Below, in pieces: positions 56,001 to 64,000 of a DNA stretch of 64,000 nt; the first letter of the stretch is position 1; every line of letters begins with the position of its first letter. Both the position numbers and the translations under genes were made by a program. Source of the DNA: Podarcis tiliguerta (taxonomy: Eukaryota); NCBI GenBank assembly GCA_965153285.1, contig OZ229121.1; one strand, given 5' to 3'. Below the pieces are notes generated by a model that saw nothing but the letters and a program-made list of their open reading frames with translations, searched no databases and was not told the origin of the DNA.

Positions 56001-59000
56001 CCAGGCAAGTTCTATTTTAATCAGTATCTGAGGGAAAAGGGTGAAAAATAGATACCATAGTTTGGCATTTCTCCCCAGCCCCCCAAAAGTCACCCCTAAG
56101 GGTTGTGGGGGATGCTCATAGCATGGTATCGGAACAAGGAGTTTTGCAGTAGGAGGCAAAAACTGGTGGAAACTGAGTGCGATGGCAACTCTGCGGGCAG
56201 ACTGAGGATTGCAAGGAAAGAAGACACTATTTTTCTTATGCTTATTTGCCTGTTCCCACAAAGCATCAGAAGGTGGCTTTAGCAGGGTGCGAAAGGCATT
56301 GGCTTAATGCAGCTTAAAGCTGAGGAGGAAGCGTTCTTTGCATCTCTTTCTTTGACCTGGAGTCATGTTTGTACTCCACTCCTGAACCACTCTTGAGTAC
56401 TGCTCACAACCACTTAGATTTTAACAATATTAGTGACAATTAATTAATTAGTTTAGAACAGGGGTGCCTTCTAGATGCTGTTCAGCTTCCATCATCCCAC
56501 CAGCCTGCATGACCAGTAGTCAGGGATAATGTGATACGTAGTCCAGTAACGTATGGAAAGCCACAGGTTAGGCACTCCTTGTTTAGAAATTCTCATAGGA
56601 TGGGTTCTGGCTGAATCATACTCAGAACAGATCCATTGACTAACTTTAGTCCATTGATTTTAATTGGTCTACTCAGAGTGTGGCTTGAATGCTACTCAGT
56701 TTGTTTTTGCAGCTTGGGTAACTCTGTTATCAGTCTAATCAAGTAATGCTTTAAGTATTTGACCAATAGTTGGACAGTCAAATTCGAAACCCTGCCTAAT
56801 TTTGCAATCCCTTCAATTTTTATTTCTGATCGTTTTTCTTTCCTAATTTCCCCTTTAGGATGAAAAAAAGTTCAATAACTTTTTTCTCCTTTTCAATTTA
56901 GTTTTTTGATCGTATCAAATTGTTTGGAATGCCTGCCAAACATCAGCCTGATTTGATCTATCTGCGTTACGTGCCACTCTGGAAGGTTCATGTATTTACG
57001 GTAGTTCAACTCACCTGTCTCGTTCTCTTGTGGGCAATTAAAGCATCTGCCGCTGCTGTTGTTTTTCCTATGATGGTAAGTAAATAATTATAGTGTATTT
57101 GAGAATATACATTTGTGTCAACTCAATATATTAGACAAAGAATTTGCACCATACAATTTTGTCTCATATGACTCCGTCTATATTAGTTTTGTCCTTTCTA
57201 TTAGTGTTCTGATCTTTGTGTGATAGCTGTTGTTTTTAAATTGTTGTTTTCAAGGTTTTAGCTCTAGTTTTCATTCGCAAACTTTTGGATTTGTGTTTCA
57301 CCAAACGGGAGCTCAGTTGGCTTGATGACCTTATGCCAGAAAGTAAGAAGAAGAAGGAAGATGACAAAAAGAAAAAAGCAAAGGAAGTAAGTTTGATTGT
57401 AATTTATAACAAAAAAAGAACAACTGAAATCAGTGGGGGGTTTGGGGGGCGGGGGCAAGAGTAAAACATAGTTCCTATAGTTTTTAATGGATCTGTCACC
57501 TGTATGGTTTTAGAATTTGTATAAATATATGAAAAATGAGTTGCAATTTTACTCCTTTGGGTGTTGTTCTGAAGTGCCCCAAGACTTTGGCAGGCTTTTC
57601 AAGGATCTGTGAAGCTGCCCCTGGAAACAAGAGCTGAAAAGCTCCTGTGCCTCAGTGGAGCAGTGTCCATGTCGTTATGAATTATTATTATTTATTGTAT
57701 GTCTTGCCTGCCCTTCACCAGTATGTCCCAGTGCAGGTTGCTGTATGTACATAAAAATACAATCAAAACTGAAACAGTGAAAAAGCAACCCAGTACATAA
57801 CCCCAAAACATAATTGATACAACACAATGCAAAATACAAACTGTGGAAGATGATGTAAATAATACACAGTGCAAGTTACTGATTAAAGTGCTAACAAGAT
57901 TTCATAAATGTTTCTTTTTGATATCAATAGCATAATTTGGTACTGATTTGTATCACACACCCCATTTGATGACCCAAATGGGTTGGGTATTACCCTCTTC
58001 ATGTCATGGAGGCAGGAGAGCAAAGAACTCTGGGAGGCAAGTGCCAACCCCTCAGTTTTTTCTCTCCTTATCTCCTATACTTCCCCACTCAACACTGGAA
58101 CTCCACCCTTTCACCTTGATTCTCACCCAAGGCCCAAACAAACTCACTATCCAATGGCAGAGCTTCCTTTTATGGGCAGGCCCTGAAGTATGATAGAGTT
58201 TCCTTTAGGTTGTGTCCCATCCAGCAATTAATCTTTGCAAACCCAATTTCAGGCTACAGCATACAGTGAGTTTCCTGGGCTGGAGTGGAGGGGCAAGTGA
58301 TGGTAAATAGAACTACCTGCTCTCATAGCTCTGTCTCTGGGCTCTGCATGCCACTGCTCTTGAAGATGTGTTTCTCCACTGATTTAATTGAATTAAAATC
58401 TCATTTGTAAGTGCAAGAGCAGGAATATTCCCCCTTCCTAAATTCATCTGGACTAAATGGACTAAATTGAAAATTGTGACCCAGAACCTTCTTTAAATAT
58501 GCAAGGGCATGCATGCATTGAATCAAGTGCTCACTCAAAATTACTATAAACAAGAGATGCACAATGGGGACTGGGGTCTTCTGTAAGAAGCAAGAAAACC
58601 TCCTGGATCAGGCGTGGTTCATCTACTTAAGCATCATGTTCTTGCAGTGGCCAACCAGGCATCTATGGGAACACTTTCCCCACATGAACATGCTCCTTAA
58701 ACAACCTTAACCCACTCTTCCTCTAGATATCCCAAGTGATGGGAGAATGGTGGATTAGAGATCATATTTTAGGGTTTGATGGATGGATCCCTCAGACTCC
58801 CATGGATCACAGCAGATACCCAATTTTGTTGGTACCAGTGGGTTGACAGCAGCTGCTGGCACTGCACTCAAAGGCCCCATACCCTGATATTCCAAATGAC
58901 TTATCAGATGGCGTGGGCAGTAGTTTCCAGAAAGAAAGGGACTCAAGCTTCATTACCTGTGTGAAACTCTTTAAATATCCCCTATTCTTTGTTCCAAATA

Positions 59001-62000
59001 TGACTTATCTTGGAGGGGTCAGTAGGTGACTGGGCAGGATGCTATGTTGTACAATTATAATGTAGCACTATCCAAAATACAGTTATGGCCACCGCTCTGT
59101 ATTTAAAGTACATTGAAAATCATACAAGGCCTTGTTTGCATGCCTCATTCTTTTAGAGTAAAATAATTAAATATGTATTGGATAATGTGTAACTTTCAGG
59201 AAGCTGAACGAATGTTTCAGGCAGTGGACAGTGAAACTATACACCTTCCATATGACAGAGGCGATGTGTTAGAGATTCCCGTGAAAGCTCTAAAATACAG
59301 GTGTGATATATACCTACTATTTTTATTGTTTGCTTTTTACATAGCTTTATGTGGAAATTAATGTATTTGAACTATTGTGAATCAGTACTGACCTATAAAT
59401 CTGGGATTCAACTGTCTGGGAAAGAGGAACAAAAAACCAGACTTCCTTATGTCTACAATATGGTTTTATATATCTATTTTAAATTACATTTTATTCATGT
59501 GACCCTTTTGAACAGATCAGATGACTCACTTTCAACCAGCTGTTCTCAGGGTGAAGAAGCTGTTTTGGTCAGTTCTGTCTAGTGTGCTCCTGTGCATGGC
59601 TAATGATGTGAGAAGCATTGAAGATACTAAATATAATTTGAGCCATAAATTTTCCAGCTGCTTAAAGCCTGGACAGTCTTTTTTTAAAAAAACGAAAACA
59701 AAAAAGCTCTATATAGTAATTTCCTTTTAACGCAAAGCAAACAAACAAAAAACCAAACCTTGTGTACATTAAAAAAAGTTGTCTGGGGACACTTGATAAT
59801 ATAGTGGTACCTCCGGTTATGAACTTAAATCGTTCCGCAGGTCCGTTCTTAAGCCAAAACCGCTCATAACATGAGTTGTGCTTTCACTAATGGCGCCTCC
59901 TGCTGCCGTGCTCCCGGCATGCAACTTCCGATTGCATCTCAGGGCAAAGTTCGCAACCGGAAGCATCTACTTCTGTAACCCGAAGTGTTCGCAAGGAGGA
60001 CTGTATGTAATGGACTTGAAGGACATAGCACTTAACCCTTTAATTTATCTACTACTAAAATCAATCCCAATTGAGTATCCTTTTTTTTCAAGTTAAAACA
60101 AAGAGATGTTGTTTATTAATGTTGTTTGCTACTCACTTTTCTTACAAGGTAACTCAAGCTGATTCATATTAAAACCAATTAGAAACAACAATAAAACCTA
60201 AAAACACAACAATTTGAATAAGACTAAAAACACAAAGAAGGCAGGACTATAAGTCTCATCCCTCTAAGAAGCTAATATATACCATTCAAATTAAAGGGCC
60301 AGAAGCCCAGGGGGAAAAAGAAGCGTCTTTGCCTTTTCCAGCCAACTGATTTCCAGAACATTTTCCATCCTTCCTCTGTAATCTGTTTGAAAGGAACATG
60401 TATACTTTTAAAATAATTTATCTTGGCAAAATATTTGGCTCCAGTTGGAATACCAGAGCTCCTAAAGCTACAGCCATCAACCACTTTACCCAGTAACATA
60501 ACTTCTTCCATATAGAGCTAGTTGGGATTAAGTGACTTAAGAATAGCATCCCAACAAGCTTTTCAATATCAGCAAGCATCCCTAGCCATATTCTCAAGTT
60601 TGCTTTATAAAAAGATACTTTTACTTATTTTCTTATGGTGGCCCCTAGTTTGTATGGATTTGGCCATTATACATTTTTTGGAACACATGAAAATAACCAA
60701 AATACTTATTTATAAAGAGAGAATACGTGATAGAGAAAATAAGTACCTGAAAGAAGTATTTTGGTTATTCTCATGTGTTCCAAATAAAAATGTTGCTAGT
60801 ACAGAAGTAGTTCAGATCAGCTTTCAAAATGGACTCAGTTAGAATTGGATTCTTTCATACAAATATTTCTGATGCCATATGATGATTAAAATCACTCAAT
60901 AAGCCAATCCTGTTTTTCCTGTAATGGAATACCTTTTTTAGCCCAGGAATTCTTACACCACATGTATTGATACAGAATGTAATATTTAACACAACACGTC
61001 ACTAGTGGCTGGGTAAATACATAACATAAGGCTCAAATGATGTAAAGAGCATGAGACATAATTAATGCTTTTGCAAGGCACTGAGTACTAATCAAGTTGT
61101 GTTTGTTGTCTAGCGTTGATCCTTCTGTTGTAAACATATCAGATGAAATGGCCAAAACTGCACAGTGGAAGGCTCTTTCCATGAACACAGAGAATGCCAA
61201 AGTAACAAGATCTAACTTGAGGTAGCTTAAAACTACTCACCTTTCTAATTATGCTTTGATTTTGTTGAGCTGTGGAAGTAATTTTGACTGGTATTTATAT
61301 TTATACCCCGAATGCCCAAATAAGAGTTTATATCACACATCTGAACTGTGAAACAATGGAAACGTTTATGAGACCTAGGAAAGAAAAAGACTAGTTTCTA
61401 AACTTGGAAGTCCAGAATCCCAAGAACAGTGAAACTAGTGTCATGAGTTGGAGCTGCCTATAGAATTTTCTTAAATTACAGCCTACCATTCTGCATAACA
61501 AATGTGCTTTGGAAGTGAGGGTATCTTTTTTAAAAGCCCAGTTTGCTTACATATTATGAGGGTCATCGTCAAAGAAAAATATATATAATGGATTAGCATA
61601 AGGCTCTTGATTAAACTGGAGTTGGTTTTTTGGATAATGGACAGAAAATTATATCCAGTACTTCCCCTCTAGTGGTAGAAGGCATCTATCAGCAAAATGG
61701 GTGAGAGAGGCAGTTTTTGACAATTATTCTCCCTCCACCCACAGCCCCCAATCAAAAGTTGATTCCCTTCCAGAAGTCCTACTGGAAGGGAAGTGTTGGA
61801 TATCACCCAAAGCACATTTTCTGTGTATTGTAGTGATTTAGACATGGGGTGGCTCTTTTAAAAATATTTAATCTGTAGCATAACGGACCAAAGAATGCCA
61901 CGCATAGCTGTTTCATATCGTTTCTACTCATTGTGGAACTTTAATTTGGAATAAAGAGTAGAAAAGACACAAAGCATGATACTCTTACCCCCATTCGGCT

Positions 62001-63026
62001 ACAGATGCACACACATACAGGTGTATATACACAAACACAAATTTCACAAAACCTTGCTTGTTACTAGGAATTTCAAATATTCTTAGTCCTGTAGCTGTAC
62101 ACTTGAGATCATGAATGTTGAGGCTGGTTGCAAGACCTCATTATTTATTTAATTTTTATACTACCTTCACCCAAAGTTCCTTGGGCAGTTTACAGCATAA
62201 AAATACAAGATAAAAACACAAAATATTTAAACAAAACAGCAAAACCTTTCCCACATTACGGCTGGTTTCAGATGTAACATGAAACCATGGTTTGTGCTAA
62301 CCATAGTTAAGAACCCACTTCATATTCTGAGCTTCTTGACATATGCCAGGCTGACTATAGATCTGAGATGCTTGTCTGCTCAGAATTCAGCTTCATGTTT
62401 CCATGGTGAAGCAGCCTCTTGCACTGGGACAATGGCCCTGTGATTTGTCAATGTCCCATGAATTCACATATAATAGGAACTTAAAATTATTAGGTGGGTT
62501 CTGGTTCAGGCTGCATCTGAATCCAGACTAAATGCATGTTGCCTAGTCTGTCACTGACCTGTCAGTCCTACATGTCTGCCCAAAAATAAGCACCATCGTA
62601 TTAAGTGGATTTAGAATTGCAGCCTTAAAAGTTGAATAATTAGTGGTGGTTTATTGCAATTATATTGAATACACGTGCATCTATAGGAAGAATAGCTGAA
62701 AATGGCTTAAATGTTTAGCGAAAAACAGCATTCAAACCATAAACCCTAAGAGAATAATCTTGAATCCATGTTAAACTTTTCTGATGGGCTTCATGTGCTT
62801 GAAATGTGTTAACTTGAGTGTGTATATGTGCATGTTCATAATAAAAAATAATATGTGATACATGAAATACAGGTGCTATTTGATAAAATTTGAGTGTGTT
62901 ATATATTCTTTGGCTCGTCTAACCTTGTGAATTGTTCTTAACAGCGCTGAAAAAGAAGAGTGTGTGAAAATAGACATGGAAAATACTCCTGAAACAAAGT
63001 ATGTAGATGCTGAAACCTCATTATAG
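3310..63026 (+). CDS. SLC4A7: SLC4A7 / NBCn1 sodium bicarbonate cotransporter, spliced gene span (26 visible coding exons plus 1 inferred in the N gap; about 1266 aa with all cassettes if the missing exon is 175 nt)
   Basis: Manual splicing gives [25 protein letters not shown]...[15 protein letters not shown]...[19 protein letters not shown]...KYVDAETSL*. These are SLC4 hallmarks with SLC4A7-specific termini. All exon phases are compatible except across the gap. Confidence 0.97.
4221..4263. repeat. (TAA)n microsatellite
   Basis: About 13-14 consecutive TAA units. Confidence 0.95.
9210..10715 (+). mobile_element. Decayed CR1 LINE (ORF2 reverse transcriptase to 3' end), internally deleted
   Basis: [10 protein letters not shown]...[24 protein letters not shown] motifs; upstream KKGEI.KEEY...LAREV..K.GF.GYV segment; 3' tail cccttccagctctacagttttgtga; many stops and frameshifts. 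Confidence 0.9.
9331..9580. mobile_element. hAT-type MITE nested in CR1
   Basis: Imperfect TIRs (gggtaggcaaact / agtttgttgacctctg); 8-bp TSD ggttagaa (9323-9330 / 9581-9588). Confidence 0.85.
10729..10950. mobile_element. Tc1/mariner-type MITE
   Basis: TA flanks; TIR cagtt(g)gtt(a)cctc...gaggtaccactg; CpG-rich, internally palindromic. Confidence 0.8.
13707..13853. mobile_element. hAT-type MITE inserted in an older SINE-like remnant
   Basis: TIR cagtggcatagcgtggg / cccacgctacaccactg; 8-bp TSD ggtccttg (13699-13706 / 13854-13861). Confidence 0.88.
15030..15055. repeat. (CA)n microsatellite
   Basis: About 13 CA units. Confidence 0.9.
15600..16600 (+). mobile_element. Decayed CR1-type LINE, AP-endonuclease domain fragment (interrupted by a SINE)
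   Basis: Degenerate APE motifs in order: CLYA.A.SL, DI...ETWW, YRKDREG..GG.V..Y.KE, VVI.DF.Y..VDW, TLDLILS, S.HS.MKF. Confidence 0.78.
16012..16366 (-). mobile_element. Sauria/Squam1-type SINE, full length
   Basis: Reverse complement of the 1423 copy, starting gggacgcgggtggcgctg; 12-bp TSD aatgtagtaata (16000-16011 / 16367-16378). Confidence 0.92.
22848..23085. mobile_element. Tc1/mariner-type MITE related to the 10729 copy
   Basis: TA flanks; ends gagataccactg; shares gggat..gttccggagccc with the 10729 copy in opposite orientation. Confidence 0.75.
23185..23338 (-). mobile_element. tRNA-head / CR1-tail SINE (Squam3-like)
   Basis: (catagaat)2 CR1 terminal repeat plus gaagggac...catcta; B-box-like ggtagttcgagccc on the minus strand. 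Confidence 0.65.
24290..24335. repeat. Compound (GA)n(GT)n(GA)n microsatellite
   Basis: Seen directly; flanked by a duplicated ggtagtaa..aggggaagaatct. Confidence 0.85.
24670..24947 (-). mobile_element. CR1 LINE fragment (start of RT domain)
   Basis: Minus strand reads [24 protein letters not shown]...[14 protein letters not shown]. Confidence 0.85.
25909..25990 (+). CDS. SLC4A7: SLC4A7 coding exon 2
   Basis: ttttag|[28 protein letters not shown]|gtaagt, 82 nt. Confidence 0.95.
27998..28363 (+). mobile_element. Sauria/Squam1-type SINE, different subfamily, CpG-rich (probably young)
   Basis: gggacgcgggtggcgctg head, intact B box ggttcgaatccc, (accttt)3 tail, 13-bp TSD taattatttcatt (27985-27997 / 28364-28376). 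Confidence 0.92.
28975..29645 (-). mobile_element. L2 LINE 3' fragment with (TTTC)n microsatellite tail
   Basis: Minus strand near 29505-29540 encodes [11 protein letters not shown], the L2 ORF2 C-terminal motif; (tttc)n at about 28975-29014. Confidence 0.8.
30491..30634 (+). CDS. SLC4A7: SLC4A7 coding exon 3
   Basis: ttaag|[49 protein letters not shown]|gtaaaa, 144 nt. Confidence 0.95.
31803..31890 (-). mobile_element. CR1 / Squam3-like 3' tail
   Basis: tagaatcatagaattgcagagctggaagggacc...catctagtccagcccct. Confidence 0.7.
32480..32618 (+). CDS. SLC4A7: SLC4A7 coding exon 4
   Basis: tcaag|[47 protein letters not shown]|gtaacc, 139 nt. Confidence 0.95.
33248..33408 (+). CDS. SLC4A7: SLC4A7 coding exon 5
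   Basis: ttcag|[53 protein letters not shown]|gtaaca, 161 nt. Confidence 0.96.
34296..34484 (+). CDS. SLC4A7: SLC4A7 coding exon 6 (last 39 nt = cassette I)
   Basis: tatag|[63 protein letters not shown]|gtgaga, 189 nt. Confidence 0.96.
35788..36141 (+). CDS. SLC4A7: SLC4A7 coding exon 7 (alternative cassette II, 118 codons)
   Basis: ctcag|[25 protein letters not shown]...[17 protein letters not shown]...DIIP|gcaact. Open frame, phase 1-1. The end is placed by homology at a GC donor. Confidence 0.85.
39174..39289 (+). CDS. SLC4A7: SLC4A7 coding exon 8
   Basis: tgtag|[39 protein letters not shown]|gtaaac, 116 nt. Confidence 0.95.
40368..40427 (+). CDS. SLC4A7: SLC4A7 coding exon 9 (alternative cassette IV, 20 aa)
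   Basis: Pyrimidine tract plus ggcag|[20 protein letters not shown]|gtaagt, 60 nt, phase 0-0. Matches the recalled rodent cassette IV in position and sequence. Confidence 0.85.
40955..41112 (+). CDS. SLC4A7: SLC4A7 coding exon 10
   Basis: aatag|[53 protein letters not shown]|gtaagg, 158 nt. Confidence 0.96.
41480..41567 (+). CDS. SLC4A7: SLC4A7 coding exon 11
   Basis: cacag|[29 protein letters not shown]|gtgagt, 88 nt. Confidence 0.96.
42267..42413 (+). CDS. SLC4A7: SLC4A7 coding exon 12
   Basis: taaag|[49 protein letters not shown]|gtaaga, 147 nt. Confidence 0.96.
43138..43235 (+). CDS. SLC4A7: SLC4A7 coding exon 13
   Basis: tacag|[33 protein letters not shown]|gtgtgt, 98 nt. Confidence 0.94.
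45092..45335. other. Assembly gap (244 N), probable location of missing SLC4A7 exon 14 (TM1)
   Basis: The N run is seen directly. Exon 13 ends in phase 2 and exon 15 starts in phase 0, and no LFGGL...ITFGGLLGEAT exon is readable between them. Confidence 0.85.
48438..48571 (+). CDS. SLC4A7: SLC4A7 coding exon 15
   Basis: ctcag|[45 protein letters not shown]|gtaagt, 134 nt. Confidence 0.96.
49139..49384 (+). CDS. SLC4A7: SLC4A7 coding exon 16
   Basis: aacag|[60 protein letters not shown]...LTLY-S|gtaagt, 246 nt. Confidence 0.96.
49892..49997 (+). CDS. SLC4A7: SLC4A7 coding exon 17 (glycosylated extracellular loop 3)
   Basis: gtcag|[35 protein letters not shown]|gtgagt, 106 nt; CxC plus three N-x-S/T sequons. 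Confidence 0.94.
51394..51555 (+). CDS. SLC4A7: SLC4A7 coding exon 18
   Basis: tacag|[54 protein letters not shown]|gtaatt, 162 nt. Confidence 0.96.
51672..51969 (-). mobile_element. Tandem dimer of tRNA-head / CR1-tail SINEs (Squam3-like)
   Basis: Two head-to-tail units, each with minus-strand gatagctcagttggtt.gagcatggtgc..ataatgccaaggttgcaggttc.atcc tRNA head and a CR1 tail. Confidence 0.85.
53206..53319 (+). CDS. SLC4A7: SLC4A7 coding exon 19
   Basis: tttag|[38 protein letters not shown]|gtaagt, 114 nt. Confidence 0.96.
53975..54136 (+). CDS. SLC4A7: SLC4A7 coding exon 20
   Basis: ccaag|[54 protein letters not shown]|gtgaaa, 162 nt. Confidence 0.96.
54982..55233 (+). CDS. SLC4A7: SLC4A7 coding exon 21
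   Basis: cacag|[13 protein letters not shown]...[20 protein letters not shown]...IREQRVTG...TSVLK|gtaaga, 252 nt. Confidence 0.96.
55936..56004 (+). CDS. SLC4A7: SLC4A7 coding exon 22 (GC donor)
   Basis: cacag|[23 protein letters not shown]|gcaagt, 69 nt. Confidence 0.94.
56902..57075 (+). CDS. SLC4A7: SLC4A7 coding exon 23
   Basis: tttag|[58 protein letters not shown]|gtaagt, 174 nt. Confidence 0.96.
57255..57386 (+). CDS. SLC4A7: SLC4A7 coding exon 24
   Basis: tcaag|[44 protein letters not shown]|gtaagt, 132 nt. Confidence 0.96.
59200..59300 (+). CDS. SLC4A7: SLC4A7 coding exon 25
   Basis: ttcag|[34 protein letters not shown]|gtgtga, 101 nt. Confidence 0.93.
59802..60003. mobile_element. 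Tc1/mariner-type MITE, decayed
   Basis: Starts agtggtacctc (same TIR as the 10729 copy); CpG-rich; degenerate right end ggactgta. Confidence 0.65.
61114..61221 (+). CDS. SLC4A7: SLC4A7 coding exon 26 (alternative cassette III, 36 aa)
   Basis: tctag|[36 protein letters not shown]|gtagct, 108 nt, phase 2-2. Confidence 0.93.
62945..63026 (+). CDS. SLC4A7: SLC4A7 last coding exon, ending in class I PDZ ligand ETSL
   Basis: aacag|[29 protein letters not shown]. Confidence 0.95.
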
Positions 63027-64000
63027 AAGTGAACAAGGGTATATATTATTTTATAGGATATACTGTAAAAGGGTGACTTCACATCTTCTTTCAAGTACTG
63101 AAATTCAAGAGATATGGATACTGTATGCACAGCAACAAGACTTTCAGACAAGATAGAAGTGATGTCCGCTCTGGAAATATTTATTTTTAGTGGAATGTTT
63201 TTCATTTTTTTAAATAGGAAAATTAAAAATTCTTTTTAGTTATCAGTACATGCATTGCATGTCAAATCATCTTTAATTGTGAAGTATTGGTTGCATTGTT
63301 TATAACTTTCTAGTATGTAGTAGTTTTTATAATTTATTGCAGTACACGTCATGTTTTCAGGCAATTACTGTTTGGGTGTTTGCAAAATGTTATAAATGTC
63401 AGTCTCCCTAGGGGAAAAAAAATCCCAATGTGCCCTTTCATAAATGACTTTATTTTCAGGCCATTCTTACTTCATGTTGCTGTTTTATGGGGATCTAAAT
63501 GGATATCTGTGAGAATGATTTATTAGTCCTAAATTAATATAACACTAAACACGGCGTTGTTGCCTTTCCCTGGTTCCTGTAAGTCATGGACACCACAGTA
63601 CCTCTTCATACTACATATTTTGTATACAGATTCTTTTGCCTCCATTGAAATTAATGAGGCATTGAAATTATTATGTGGATTTGAATACACATGTAGGCTC
63701 CAAATTAAGGTTCCGGACTTAAAATGTAAGCTTAACAGACTTTGATTAGCCAATGAGTTTGTTTCCTTTTCCTGCATGTGCATAATATTAATTGATCTCT
63801 GAAAATACATTCAGAGTGGTGAGAGCAGGGGATCCCAATGCAAACATTTTCATGATTCAGGAGAGGGTTTGCACAGGAATCTTGCTTTTAAACAAAGGGC
63901 TTTCAAACAGCCCCACACAGACCCAGAGCAGATGGAGGGAGTGTGCCTCACAGAGGATGGGAGACAGAGCAGAAGGCTAGCAATCATGGAGCCAATCCTG
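63027..64000 (+). other. SLC4A7: SLC4A7 3' UTR (3' end not determined; probably continues beyond the window)
   Basis: AU-rich sequence directly after the stop codon; no clear AATAAA seen before the window end. Confidence 0.6.

Noticed and set aside
60272-60511. Minus-strand ORF faintly resembling an L1/Tx1 ORF2 C-terminus
   Set aside because: Similarity too weak to call without a profile search
1-64000. Prokaryote-type systems (CRISPR arrays, operons, defence loci) and U12-type introns
   Set aside because: Vertebrate intron-exon locus; no regularly spaced repeat-spacer array, and no GTATCCT/ATATCCT donor at any exon boundary

Overview
Vertebrate (squamate, most likely lacertid lizard, judged from the Sauria/Squam1- and Squam3-type SINEs) genomic window holding essentially one gene on the + strand: SLC4A7 (NBCn1/NBC3, electroneutral Na+/HCO3- cotransporter). 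It runs from a CpG-island promoter and MEAD-type first exon (ATG 3310) to the ETSL* stop (63026) and the start of the 3' UTR. I could read 26 coding exons with phase-compatible splice junctions. One required exon (TM1, about 175 nt) is absent from the readable sequence and most likely lies in the 244-N gap at 45092-45335. Counterparts of all four mammalian alternative cassettes (I-IV) are present. Three donors are non-canonical GC sites. Introns and the upstream region carry SINEs, CR1 and L2 LINE fragments, and hAT- and Tc1/mariner-type MITEs, several nested with intact target-site duplications (TSDs). Most ORF-track entries are spurious. I found no convincing new biological system. The best leads are the splicing architecture, a candidate alternative first exon, a structured 108-nt tandem dimer in intron 1 and a dispersed duplication in intron 2. 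Comparisons to mammalian sequences are from memory, not alignment.
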